This document shows positions 1 through 8,110 of a stretch of DNA of 64,000 nt, piece after piece. Position 1 is the stretch's first letter, and each line of letters begins with the position of its first letter. The translations under genes and the position numbers were made by a program. The stretch comes from Candidatus Methylomirabilales bacterium. Its GTDB lineage: Bacteria > Methylomirabilota > Methylomirabilia > Methylomirabilales > CSP1-5. The stretch is taken from positions 94,677 to 158,676 of the forward strand of contig JBHIAH010000001.1 of assembly GCA_046758505.1 (NCBI GenBank), in the 5' to 3' direction. The notes beneath the pieces were generated by a model. The model was not told the origin of the DNA and did not search any database. It saw only the letters and a list, made by a program, of their open reading frames with translations.

Positions 1-818
1 AAATCAAGCTCGACCGGCCGGGGCAAGATCCCGCTTTCGAATCCCCGCTGCAGCAGTCTCTTCACCGCCCGCCGTCCCTCCGGTCCGTAGGACAGGGTTA
101 GCTCATTCACATACATACCGACGAAGGTATCCGTAGAGGACCGGTCCATCCCGCGACCAAAATCCATGGCGTAACTGAGGGCCTCGTGCCGATGCAGGAG
201 GGCGTACTGAATGCCGGCTTGGAGGAAATGGGCAATCTGCCGCATCCGGGCCCCTCCCAGGTCCCGCCGGACCGCGTTCACGCCCAGCGGCAGCGGGAGT
301 CCCGTCTCGTCATGCCACCAGGCTCCCAGGTCCAGGCTGTTTACCAGCCCGTGCTCCTGATACGTGAGCTGCCCCTCGTGGATGATCAGGCCTGCGTCGT
401 ACCTCCCCTCGGCCACCGCTCCGAGGATCTGGTCGAAGGGGAGGACGGCGTACGGAAACTCCCCCAGGCAGACCCGCAGGGTGAGAAAGGCGGTGGTGAG
501 GGTCCCGGGGATCGCGATGGTTTCCCGTCGGAGATCATCAGGGCTGAGAGGTTTCCGCGAGACCAGGATCGGCCCATACCGCTGCCCCATGCTGGCACCG
601 TGGGGGAGCAGGGCATACTTGTCGGCCACATACGCGTACGCATGGAGCGACAGGGCAGTCACGGGAAGCCTCCCCTCCATCGCCCAGCGGTTCAGGGTCT
701 CGATATCCCGCAGCACGTGGCGGAACACGAGGTCGCCCGTCTCGAGCTTCCCCGCCGTGAGGGCGTAAAACATGAAGGCATCGTCCGGGTCCGGACTGTG
801 CCCCACCTCGATAACCAT
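1..818 (-). CDS. mqnD: 1,4-dihydroxy-6-naphthoate synthase (futalosine pathway), 3' end runs off the window
   Basis: Manual translation from ATG at 818 gives MVIEVGHSPDPDDAFMFYAL, the MqnD N-terminal motif. Missing from the ORF track because there is no stop in the window. Confidence 0.85.
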   Translation of the reverse strand, partial: MVIEVGHSPDPDDAFMFYALTAGKLETGDLVFRHVLRDIETLNRWAMEGRLPVTALSLHAYAYVADKYALLPHGASMGQRYGPILVSRKPLSPDDLRRETIAIPGTLTTAFLTLRVCLGEFPYAVLPFDQILGAVAEGRYDAGLIIHEGQLTYQEHGLVNSLDLGAWWHDETGLPLPLGVNAVRRDLGGARMRQIAHFLQAGIQYALLHRHEALSYAMDFGRGMDRSSTDTFVGMYVNELTLSYGPEGRRAVKRLLQRGFESGILPRPVELD

Positions 819-863
819 TCGCGGTTCATGGTTCATGGTTCACCGTCCATGATTCGGTTCCAA

Positions 864-1052
864 CAGCACCTGCAGGCCCCGCGCGCCTGGCCTCCCGCGG
901 CGACCCTGGTCGGCGGCTTACGCCCTGGGTCCCTCCGTGTTCACGCTCCGTGCAGCAACCATGGGCACGAATCGCGCCTCGGTTTCCCAGGCCGTCGCCT
1001 GCCGGGGGGCCCCGCCGCTTCCGGCAATGTCGCTCGGGGCCTGCAGGTGCTG
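864..1052. repeat. 189-nt element bounded by perfect 18-bp inverted repeats (MITE or structured ncRNA candidate)
   Basis: CAGCACCTGCAGGCCCCG (864-881) is the exact reverse complement of CGGGGCCTGCAGGTGCTG (1035-1052). Confidence 0.7.
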
Positions 1053-1132
1053 CCCAAGAACAAGATAAATTCCTCAGGAGCATCGGATCTCTTCGGGAGG
1101 GCGAGGGGAGCTGGGCCTGGACCCGGCGGAAC

Positions 1133-1190
1133 CTGGTTTGCGGGCGGCCGGGGTTCCGCCGCCGGAGCGGAGCGCAGGTGGGGGTGGCCG
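1133..1190 (+). repeat. Dispersed REP-like repeat, copy 1
   Basis: Ungapped 48/58 match to 51686-51743 by manual alignment. Confidence 0.7.
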
Positions 1191-1292
1191 TCCTGGGCAC
1201 CGAGTGGAAAACACCGCGCGTAACGAAAATCTCTCGACACAGGCACCCGTGGAATTTTTTCGCCGACGCAGGCTGGTCCCTGAGCCGCCCCG

Positions 1293-2009
1293 TCACCTTA
1301 CCGTGTCGCCGGGCTTCAGCTCAATCACCCTGAGCCCCCGGATCCCCTTGGTCAGCTGCCTCAGCTTCGCCGGAGTCCCGGTGAGCGGCGGGAAGGTCCC
1401 GTAGTGCATCGGAATGACCCACTTGGGCTTCAGGAGTCTACAGGCGTATGCCGCCTCTTTCGGGGACATAGTAAAGAGATCTCCGATAGGGAGAAAACAG
1501 AGCTGTGGCTCATAGAGCGCCGCGATGAGCCGCATGTCCCCGAAGACCTGGGTGTCCCCTGCGTGGTAGAAGGTAAAGCCGTTTTCCAGGGTGACGACGT
1601 ACCCGGCAGGATCCCCGCCGTACACGAGGCGGCCCTCTTCATCCTGGATCCCCGAGCTGTGGAAGGCCTGGACCATGGTCACTGAAACGCCCTCCACCCG
1701 CTGGGTCCCGCCCATGTTCATGGGAAGGGTATTCCCGACTCCCCGGCTCTCGAGGAACGCGGCGATTTCGAAGATCGCCACGACCTTCGGGTTGTGGCGC
1801 TTGGCGAGGGCGGCCGCATCGGTCATGTGGTCAAAGTGGCCGTGGGTGATCAGCATGAGATCAATCTTGTCGACCGTCTTGAGACGCTCGGGACAGGCGG
1901 GATTTCCCATGACCCAGGGATCAATCAGAATATGGAGTCCCTTGGGAGTGACAACCTTGAACGTGCTGTGTCCGTACCAGGTGATGGTACAATCTCTTTT
2001 GAGCACCAT
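1293..2009 (-). CDS. Metallo-beta-lactamase-fold hydrolase (UPF0173 family)
   Basis: WYGHS, IDPW, THGHFDH, YHAGDT and IPMHYGTF motifs; ATG at 2009 with a GGAGG RBS. Confidence 0.9.
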   Translation of the reverse strand: MVLKRDCTITWYGHSTFKVVTPKGLHILIDPWVMGNPACPERLKTVDKIDLMLITHGHFDHMTDAAALAKRHNPKVVAIFEIAAFLESRGVGNTLPMNMGGTQRVEGVSVTMVQAFHSSGIQDEEGRLVYGGDPAGYVVTLENGFTFYHAGDTQVFGDMRLIAALYEPQLCFLPIGDLFTMSPKEAAYACRLLKPKWVIPMHYGTFPPLTGTPAKLRQLTKGIRGLRVIELKPGDTVR

Positions 2010-2204
2010 GGTCAACCTCCCTTTTTAAGAACATTGGAATAAGATCGATCCTCCCAGAGAAAGAAAGGCAGGCCGAGTCTTGCACAAACACGCCTCAATA
2101 TCAATAGATCCACCGGGAAAGTGGAGCGAAACCAATCCTCTCCCTGGCGCGTCCCAGGGGTGAGGGCAAATTGGCCGAATGAGCTGGATGTCAGCGAGGG
2201 AGGA

Positions 2205-3959
2205 TCAAGGGACGTCGACCAGCAAGGGAACGATCTGGCCGGTCTTGACCTGGAGGAGCCCGCGCTCCCTGAGCCTCAGGGCCGGGATCGCGGTGAAGGT
2301 GAGCGCTTGCAGTGTCAGGAGGGGGTCCGGAAGCGTTGAACCCAGATCCTTGACCGCCCGTTTAATGCGGCCCATTTTCTCCGCCAGGATCGGGACCGGC
2401 TCTTCGCTGATGATCCCCCCAATGGGCATCGGCAACTCCTCCACGACCGCCCCGTCGGCCGCGACCACAAAGCCGCCGCCGATCTCCACCAGGCGGTTCA
2501 GCGCCAAAGCGATATCTGGATCGGCCACCCCGAGGGCCACCAGGTTGCTGACATCGAACGAGAGGCTCGAGGCCACCGCCCCGTGCCGCAGGCCGAATCC
2601 CGTGACGAACCCCACCGTCCTCTGTCCGAGCCCCTGCCGGTCGAACACGGCGGCCTTCAGCACATCCCTCTGGGGCTCCGCGATCACCGCCCGCTCCTCG
2701 ACCGGCAAGGACAGGCTGATCTCCCGGGTCAGGATGGGACCGGCAATACCCACCACCCTCACCTTGGTCCAGCCGCCCAAACGGTCCGCCGGGACCTTCA
2801 GATCCTCCGGCGTGAGCCGTTGCGGCAGGTCAGGCCTGGGGAGGGCTTCCCACAGTCGAGGGTTTGCCTTGATCTCTACCAGGCTCTTCCCCTCCCGCGC
2901 GACCACCCTGCCTCTGCTGATCACCAGCTCGGGCTCGATCCGCCTCAGATCCGGAACCACCAAGAGGTTGGCGTACTTTCCCGGTCCGATGCCCCCCACC
3001 AGGTGGTCGAGCCCGAAGTGTTCCGCGCAGTTCAGCGTGGCCGCCCGCACGGCCCAAACCGGATCCAGACCGACCTCGATCACCCGCCGGACCGCATGGT
3101 CCATGCTGCCACGACTGAGGAGGTCATCGGGCCAGACGGTATCAGTGACCAGGATCAGGCGCCGGAGATCGACCCCCGAGAGGATCACCTCACGCAAGGC
3201 GCCCAGGTCCTGACGGACCGAGCCCTCCCGGACCATCGTATGCAACCCAAGGCGAATCCGCTCGACCACCTCCTCCGCCGTGATCGGCTCGTGGCAGGAG
3301 CCGATCCCGAGGCCAACGAATTGCTGGAGCTTCCACCCGCGGGCCCCGGCGCCGTGCCCCTCGACCTGTTTTCGGAGGAAGTGGGCCTTTTCGATCAAGG
3401 GGATCAGCTCGGGCGGAGACTTCACCGCACGATGCCAGTAGATCTCCCCAAGCCCGAGGACCAGGGGGTGCTCCAAGAGATCCGCCACCTCCGCCGCCCC
3501 GATGACCGGCTGCCCGTCCCCCCGGTCAGAGCAGAGCAGAGAGATAGAAGGCGCCGTCGTGTAGACCAGGATGGGCAACTCTTCCAGCCCTGCGAGGAAG
3601 GCCCGGAAGGCCGCCGCGCCACCCACGTTCGCCGCATGGACCAACTCGGTGATGACCGTGGTCAGACCCTGCGGGATGGCCACATGCAGAAACTCGTGGA
3701 GGCTCTGTACATTATCGAGGTGGGTGTGCCCCTCGACCAGTCCGGGAATGAGATACTTATCTTTCGCGTCGAGGATCTCGGTTTCGGGGCCGACGATATG
3801 GTCCAGATCGGGGCCCATGGCGCAAATCCGCTCCCCCTGAACGGCCACTCCCCACCCTCCCAGGAGCTCCCCGCTGTAAACATTGAGAAGCGTACCGCCC
3901 CGGACGATCAGGTCCGCCGGCCCTGTTATTCCCCCCTCCGCGGCGACCGTCTTCGCCAC
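2205..3959 (-). CDS. Adenine deaminase-family amidohydrolase (AdeC/COG1001), divergent metal motifs
   Basis: PGLVEGHTH, GLGE, EGH, REGS, ATLN-AEHFG, GGIGPGKYAN and C-terminal LPMPIGGIIS; start codon approximate. Confidence 0.8.
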   Translation of the reverse strand: MAKTVAAEGGITGPADLIVRGGTLLNVYSGELLGGWGVAVQGERICAMGPDLDHIVGPETEILDAKDKYLIPGLVEGHTHLDNVQSLHEFLHVAIPQGLTTVITELVHAANVGGAAAFRAFLAGLEELPILVYTTAPSISLLCSDRGDGQPVIGAAEVADLLEHPLVLGLGEIYWHRAVKSPPELIPLIEKAHFLRKQVEGHGAGARGWKLQQFVGLGIGSCHEPITAEEVVERIRLGLHTMVREGSVRQDLGALREVILSGVDLRRLILVTDTVWPDDLLSRGSMDHAVRRVIEVGLDPVWAVRAATLNCAEHFGLDHLVGGIGPGKYANLLVVPDLRRIEPELVISRGRVVAREGKSLVEIKANPRLWEALPRPDLPQRLTPEDLKVPADRLGGWTKVRVVGIAGPILTREISLSLPVEERAVIAEPQRDVLKAAVFDRQGLGQRTVGFVTGFGLRHGAVASSLSFDVSNLVALGVADPDIALALNRLVEIGGGFVVAADGAVVEELPMPIGGIISEEPVPILAEKMGRIKRAVKDLGSTLPDPLLTLQALTFTAIPALRLRERGLLQVKTGQIVPLLVDVP

Positions 3960-4033
3960 CTGAAGCCCCCCCCCAAGAAAAAAAGACCCCCGGGACCCGC
4001 ACAAATTGTTCCACGTCCCATGGGGTGCGCTTT

Positions 4034-4519
4034 TCAGTTCAGCATGCCGATCAGGCGGTGGAGCTCCCGCCGGGCCCCCTGATGATCCGGATCATACTCC
4101 AAGGCTTTCCGGACCTCGGCAACGGCCTTCGCAATTTCTCCCTTTCGGGCATACAGACGGCCCAGATTGATATGAGGGTAGTGTCGGGGTTCGTACCGCT
4201 TGGCCTCCATGGCCTTCAAGAGCCAGGGGACGGCCTCGTCATACTCCCCCCTTTCCATCATATAGACCCCGATGTCGTTATACGGGTTCCCGAAATCGGG
4301 ATCGATCTGGATGGCGATCTCGCACTCCTGGATCGCCTCATCGATCCTTCCCTGAAAGCTGTACGCCCACCCGAGAAAGGTGTGGGCCTCAGCGGTGGGA
4401 TAGAACTCGATGGAGCGGCGGTAGTTCTCGATCGCGGCATCCAGATCACCCTTCATCTGATGCCGGTACCCTTCCTGGAAGAAAAACTCTGCCTGTTCGA
4501 GACCGGCGGGATCCGTCAT
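4034..4519 (-). CDS. Tetratricopeptide repeat protein
   Basis: About four TPR motifs (AEAHTFLGWAY, NPYNDIGVY, PHINLGRLY). Confidence 0.85.
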   Translation of the reverse strand: MTDPAGLEQAEFFFQEGYRHQMKGDLDAAIENYRRSIEFYPTAEAHTFLGWAYSFQGRIDEAIQECEIAIQIDPDFGNPYNDIGVYMMERGEYDEAVPWLLKAMEAKRYEPRHYPHINLGRLYARKGEIAKAVAEVRKALEYDPDHQGARRELHRLIGMLN

Positions 4520-4606
4520 CGCCTTGCCCCCCTCTGCCGACTGCACAGGGCCTGCGTCTCATCGTCAAGTACCATAGAGCTCACATGCTGTCAAGGCGGG
4601 TGTCGC

Positions 4607-5821
4607 TTATGGGTGCGCGGCGACCGCGATCCGCTCGAGCACCGGCGGGTGAGTGTAGAGGAGGAGGACGGCCCAGCGGGGCGGCGTGATGTCGGCCAGG
4701 TTGGACCGAGCCAGGTCCACCTCCACCTTGACGTAGGCCTCGGGGTTTCCCGAAAGCTCGAGCGCCGCGTGGTCCGCCTGGCGCTCGAACCCGCGCGAGA
4801 TGGCGTTCTGCAGCGGCAGCGTCACGAGGCTCAGGATGAAGAGGACCAGAACGAGCAAGGGCAGCCCGGCGGGGTCCGCGGGATGGACAAGGAGATGTTG
4901 AGCGGTCCCCCATCGGAGAACGAGGGCGGCGATGCCGAGCCCCAGGAAGAGGGCCAGGATCGAGAGCCCCACCCCCTTCCAGATGTGGTGATGGATCCGG
5001 TGGCCCATCTCATGGGCTAACACCACCTCCACCTCCTCGGGAGAGGCGCGCTCGAGGAGCGTGTCGTACAGGACAATGCGCTTGGTCCGGCCGAAGCCAG
5101 TGACATAGGCATTGCCCTTCACCGTCCTTCGGCTCGCATCCGCCTCCAGCACCTGCCCCACGGCAATGCCGGCCCGATCCGCCAGCTTCAAGACCCGACC
5201 CTTGAGATCAGCATCCGTGAGTGGCGTGAAGGTGTAGAAAAGGGGATCGATGACGATCGGAGCCAGAAAGGTAAGTAGGAGAATCAGCCCCCCCACGACG
5301 CCCGTTGCTGGAAGGAACCAACGCGAGGGGTCACGCCGGATGAACAGATAGAAGACATTCACCGTCAGCAAAAGCAACACCCCCTGGACGAACAGTCCCT
5401 TGGCCCAGTCCTGGAACCATCCCCCGAGCCCATGGGTGGAGAGGCCATACGAGTGCTCCCGAATGTACCCGCCGTACACGTCGAGCGGGAGGAGAATAAA
5501 CCGGAAGAGGAGCAGAAGGCAGGCCGCATACAGGGTCAGGGTGAGCCAGGGGCGATGGCCGGCCCAGGCCGCGCTGAGGTCCCGCAGGGTTCGAGTGGCG
5601 GGGGTGAAGGTAAACAGAAGGAAGAAGGCAAGCGTAATGGCGCTGCGGACGCCAAAGAGGAGATACCGCCCCTGCATGTAGCTTTTGCCCCGCGCGATCT
5701 CCTGTGGGGTAAAGTACCGGAGCGCGACCTCATTCGCCGGCACCGCACTGCCGCCGAGGCCCGCAGTCGTCAGCAAGAGCCCCAGGCAAAGGACGCCGAT
5801 GGCGGCCGAGAGGATACGCAT
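4607..5821 (-). CDS. M48 family (Ste24/CAAX-like) membrane zinc metalloprotease
   Basis: Multiple TM helices; NAYVTGFG, AHEMGH (HExxH), ERQAD, THPP. Confidence 0.9.
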   Translation of the reverse strand: MRILSAAIGVLCLGLLLTTAGLGGSAVPANEVALRYFTPQEIARGKSYMQGRYLLFGVRSAITLAFFLLFTFTPATRTLRDLSAAWAGHRPWLTLTLYAACLLLLFRFILLPLDVYGGYIREHSYGLSTHGLGGWFQDWAKGLFVQGVLLLLTVNVFYLFIRRDPSRWFLPATGVVGGLILLLTFLAPIVIDPLFYTFTPLTDADLKGRVLKLADRAGIAVGQVLEADASRRTVKGNAYVTGFGRTKRIVLYDTLLERASPEEVEVVLAHEMGHRIHHHIWKGVGLSILALFLGLGIAALVLRWGTAQHLLVHPADPAGLPLLVLVLFILSLVTLPLQNAISRGFERQADHAALELSGNPEAYVKVEVDLARSNLADITPPRWAVLLLYTHPPVLERIAVAAHP

Positions 5822-6016
5822 TGAAGTCACTCCGCGGCAACGAGATATACGGACTGTCGCTGAGTGTACCTTCATTCTTCAACAGTGGCAAGTCCGCCAG
5901 GACCGCGTCCGGGCTACGGCGCTTTCACGCTCCACACACCCCCCGTGATGATATAATCTACCGTTCAGGCCCGAGGGCCTGACCCCACGATTGGGCAAAT
6001 CGGGCGAGGGCCTCCT

Positions 6017-8062
6017 ATGCGTGTCAACATAAAGCGATTCAGCTTTACGGCAATCCTGCTCTCGGCATCGACGATCCATGTGGCCGGAGCGACGGTTACT
6101 CCAATGGCCGCGTCGGGCCCTTGCGCCAATTCCAACACCTTTCTGATCGGGAGCGGAATTTACGACATCACAGGACCCGCAGCCGAATTGGGCATGATGG
6201 GCTATGCCCGCCTGGGCCAGAAAACGGCCGGGATCCACACGCGTCTCTGGTCGCGGGCCTTCGTCATCGCGTCCCCCTGCAACAATAACCGTGTCGTCCT
6301 GGTCACTGCGGATCTGGGAATACTCAGCCAGGCAGTGGCGCAAGGGGTCGTCGAACAGCTGGAGCACACCTTTGGTGACCTGTATACCGATCAGAACGTG
6401 TTGCTGAGCGCTACCCATACGCACTCCGGACCGGGAGGCTATTCCCACTACGCGCTTTACAACCTGACCATCTTCGGTTTTGATCGGCAAAATTTTCGTA
6501 CCGTCGTCGACGGGATCTATCAGTCCATCGTCCGCGCGCACGACAACCTCGCAGAAGGAACCATTACGATGGCCACCGGTGAGCTCCTCGACGCCAGTAT
6601 CAATCGTTCCCCCGTGGCCTATGCACAAAATCCCGCAGCCGAGCTGGCAGTGCACCCTTTCGATACCGACAAGGTGATGACCCTCTTGAAGCTGGAAAAG
6701 CTCCACGGCCGGGAGATCGGCAGCATCAACTGGTTTCCCGTCCACGCCACATCAATGGGGAACGACAATACGCTCATCAGCGGCGACAATAAGGGGTATG
6801 CCGCCTACCTATTCGAGAAACGGAAGGCAACGGACTACACGGCAGGTGAAACCTTTGTGGCAGCCTTTGCGCAAAGTAACGAAGGAGACGTGTCTCCCAA
6901 CATTTTTGGAGGGACCGATGGCGGGGGTGCCACTGACTTCGAAAGCACCCAGATTTCAGGTCAACAGCAGTTCGCCAAAGCACTAGAGCTTTATAACGGT
7001 GCGACGGAGTTGCTTACCGGAGGGGTGGATTCCCGCCATACTTACCTCACAATGGATGAGGTGTCTGTGGCGCCAGCGTTCACCGGCGGTGTTGATCGCC
7101 GCACGTGTCCCGCCGCGATCGGCATTTCGATGCTGGCAGGTGCCGAGGAGGGCCCCGGCTTTGGTGAGGAAGGGTGGACCTGCCAAGAGATAGAGGATTT
7201 CTTTGGTGCATTCACGTGCGCAGGGCTGACCACCGCCTGCCAAGGTGAAAAGCCGATTGCGCTGGAAACGGGTACGCAGGAGCCCTTTCCATGGACGCCG
7301 GAGGTGCTGCCGTTTCACATCATCACGATCGGCAAGCTGGCTCTGGTCGGTGTTCCCTTCGAGATGACCACGATGGCCGGACGACGCCTGCGCAGGACGG
7401 TGGAAGCTCAATTAGCGCCGGCGGGCATCGATACCGTGGTTATCGCCGGATTGGCCAACGCATATGCAGGCTACGTGGCGACGCGAGAAGGGTACAGCGT
7501 CCAGCACTACGAAGGGGCATCGACACATTTCGGCCCCTGGACGCTGGCAGCGCTGCAGCAAGAGTTCGACCGCCTCGCCTCAGCCCTCAGGGAAGGTTTC
7601 GACGTGGATCCCGGCCCCACGCCGAGAGACTTACGTTGTTGTCAGCACACCGTGCTCACCGGTGTGGTCTTTGACGACAAGCCGTTGTTCAAGCGCTTCG
7701 GAAGTGTTCACAAACACGCAAAACGATCGTACACTCGCGGGGAGACCGTCACGGTCATCTTCTGGGGCGGACACCCCAGGAACAACTTGAAAATTCAGGA
7801 CACGTATCTCGAGGTGCAGCGCAGGATGAAGAGATCCTGGGTAACTGTCGCCACTGACCTGGATTGGGAGACTAAGTACCGGTGGCAGCGGGTTCCCTGC
7901 CCCCCCACGTTTGCCTGCTCATATGTCACGGTCGAGTGGGAAATTCCCGAGGGTGCAGCGGGGGGATCGTACCGCATTCGGCACTACGGCCACTGGAAAT
8001 CCGGCTGGAACGCAAGCATCCATCCATACACGGGAACCTCACGCATCTTCACAGTCCAGTAA
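6017..8062 (+). CDS. Secreted neutral/alkaline ceramidase
   Basis: Signal peptide; DITGP, MMGYA, THTHSGPGG, WFPVHATSM, SGDNKG, GDVSPN (catalytic Ser motif), YEGASTHFGP; C-terminal Ig-like domain. Confidence 0.92.
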   Translation: MRVNIKRFSFTAILLSASTIHVAGATVTPMAASGPCANSNTFLIGSGIYDITGPAAELGMMGYARLGQKTAGIHTRLWSRAFVIASPCNNNRVVLVTADLGILSQAVAQGVVEQLEHTFGDLYTDQNVLLSATHTHSGPGGYSHYALYNLTIFGFDRQNFRTVVDGIYQSIVRAHDNLAEGTITMATGELLDASINRSPVAYAQNPAAELAVHPFDTDKVMTLLKLEKLHGREIGSINWFPVHATSMGNDNTLISGDNKGYAAYLFEKRKATDYTAGETFVAAFAQSNEGDVSPNIFGGTDGGGATDFESTQISGQQQFAKALELYNGATELLTGGVDSRHTYLTMDEVSVAPAFTGGVDRRTCPAAIGISMLAGAEEGPGFGEEGWTCQEIEDFFGAFTCAGLTTACQGEKPIALETGTQEPFPWTPEVLPFHIITIGKLALVGVPFEMTTMAGRRLRRTVEAQLAPAGIDTVVIAGLANAYAGYVATREGYSVQHYEGASTHFGPWTLAALQQEFDRLASALREGFDVDPGPTPRDLRCCQHTVLTGVVFDDKPLFKRFGSVHKHAKRSYTRGETVTVIFWGGHPRNNLKIQDTYLEVQRRMKRSWVTVATDLDWETKYRWQRVPCPPTFACSYVTVEWEIPEGAAGGSYRIRHYGHWKSGWNASIHPYTGTSRIFTVQ

Positions 8063-8110
8063 GGAGACGCGCCCCACGCAACATCACTCACGGCGTGGCT
8101 CGCGCTTCTT

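Noticed and set aside
864..1052. Retron msr-msd
   Set aside because: The terminal inverted repeats fit, but there is no reverse transcriptase in the window.
186..1223. Long plus-strand ORF, and similar shadow ORFs such as 2583-4082, 19781-21172 and 56529-57989
   Set aside because: Antisense shadows of real genes in GC-rich DNA, with no protein motifs.
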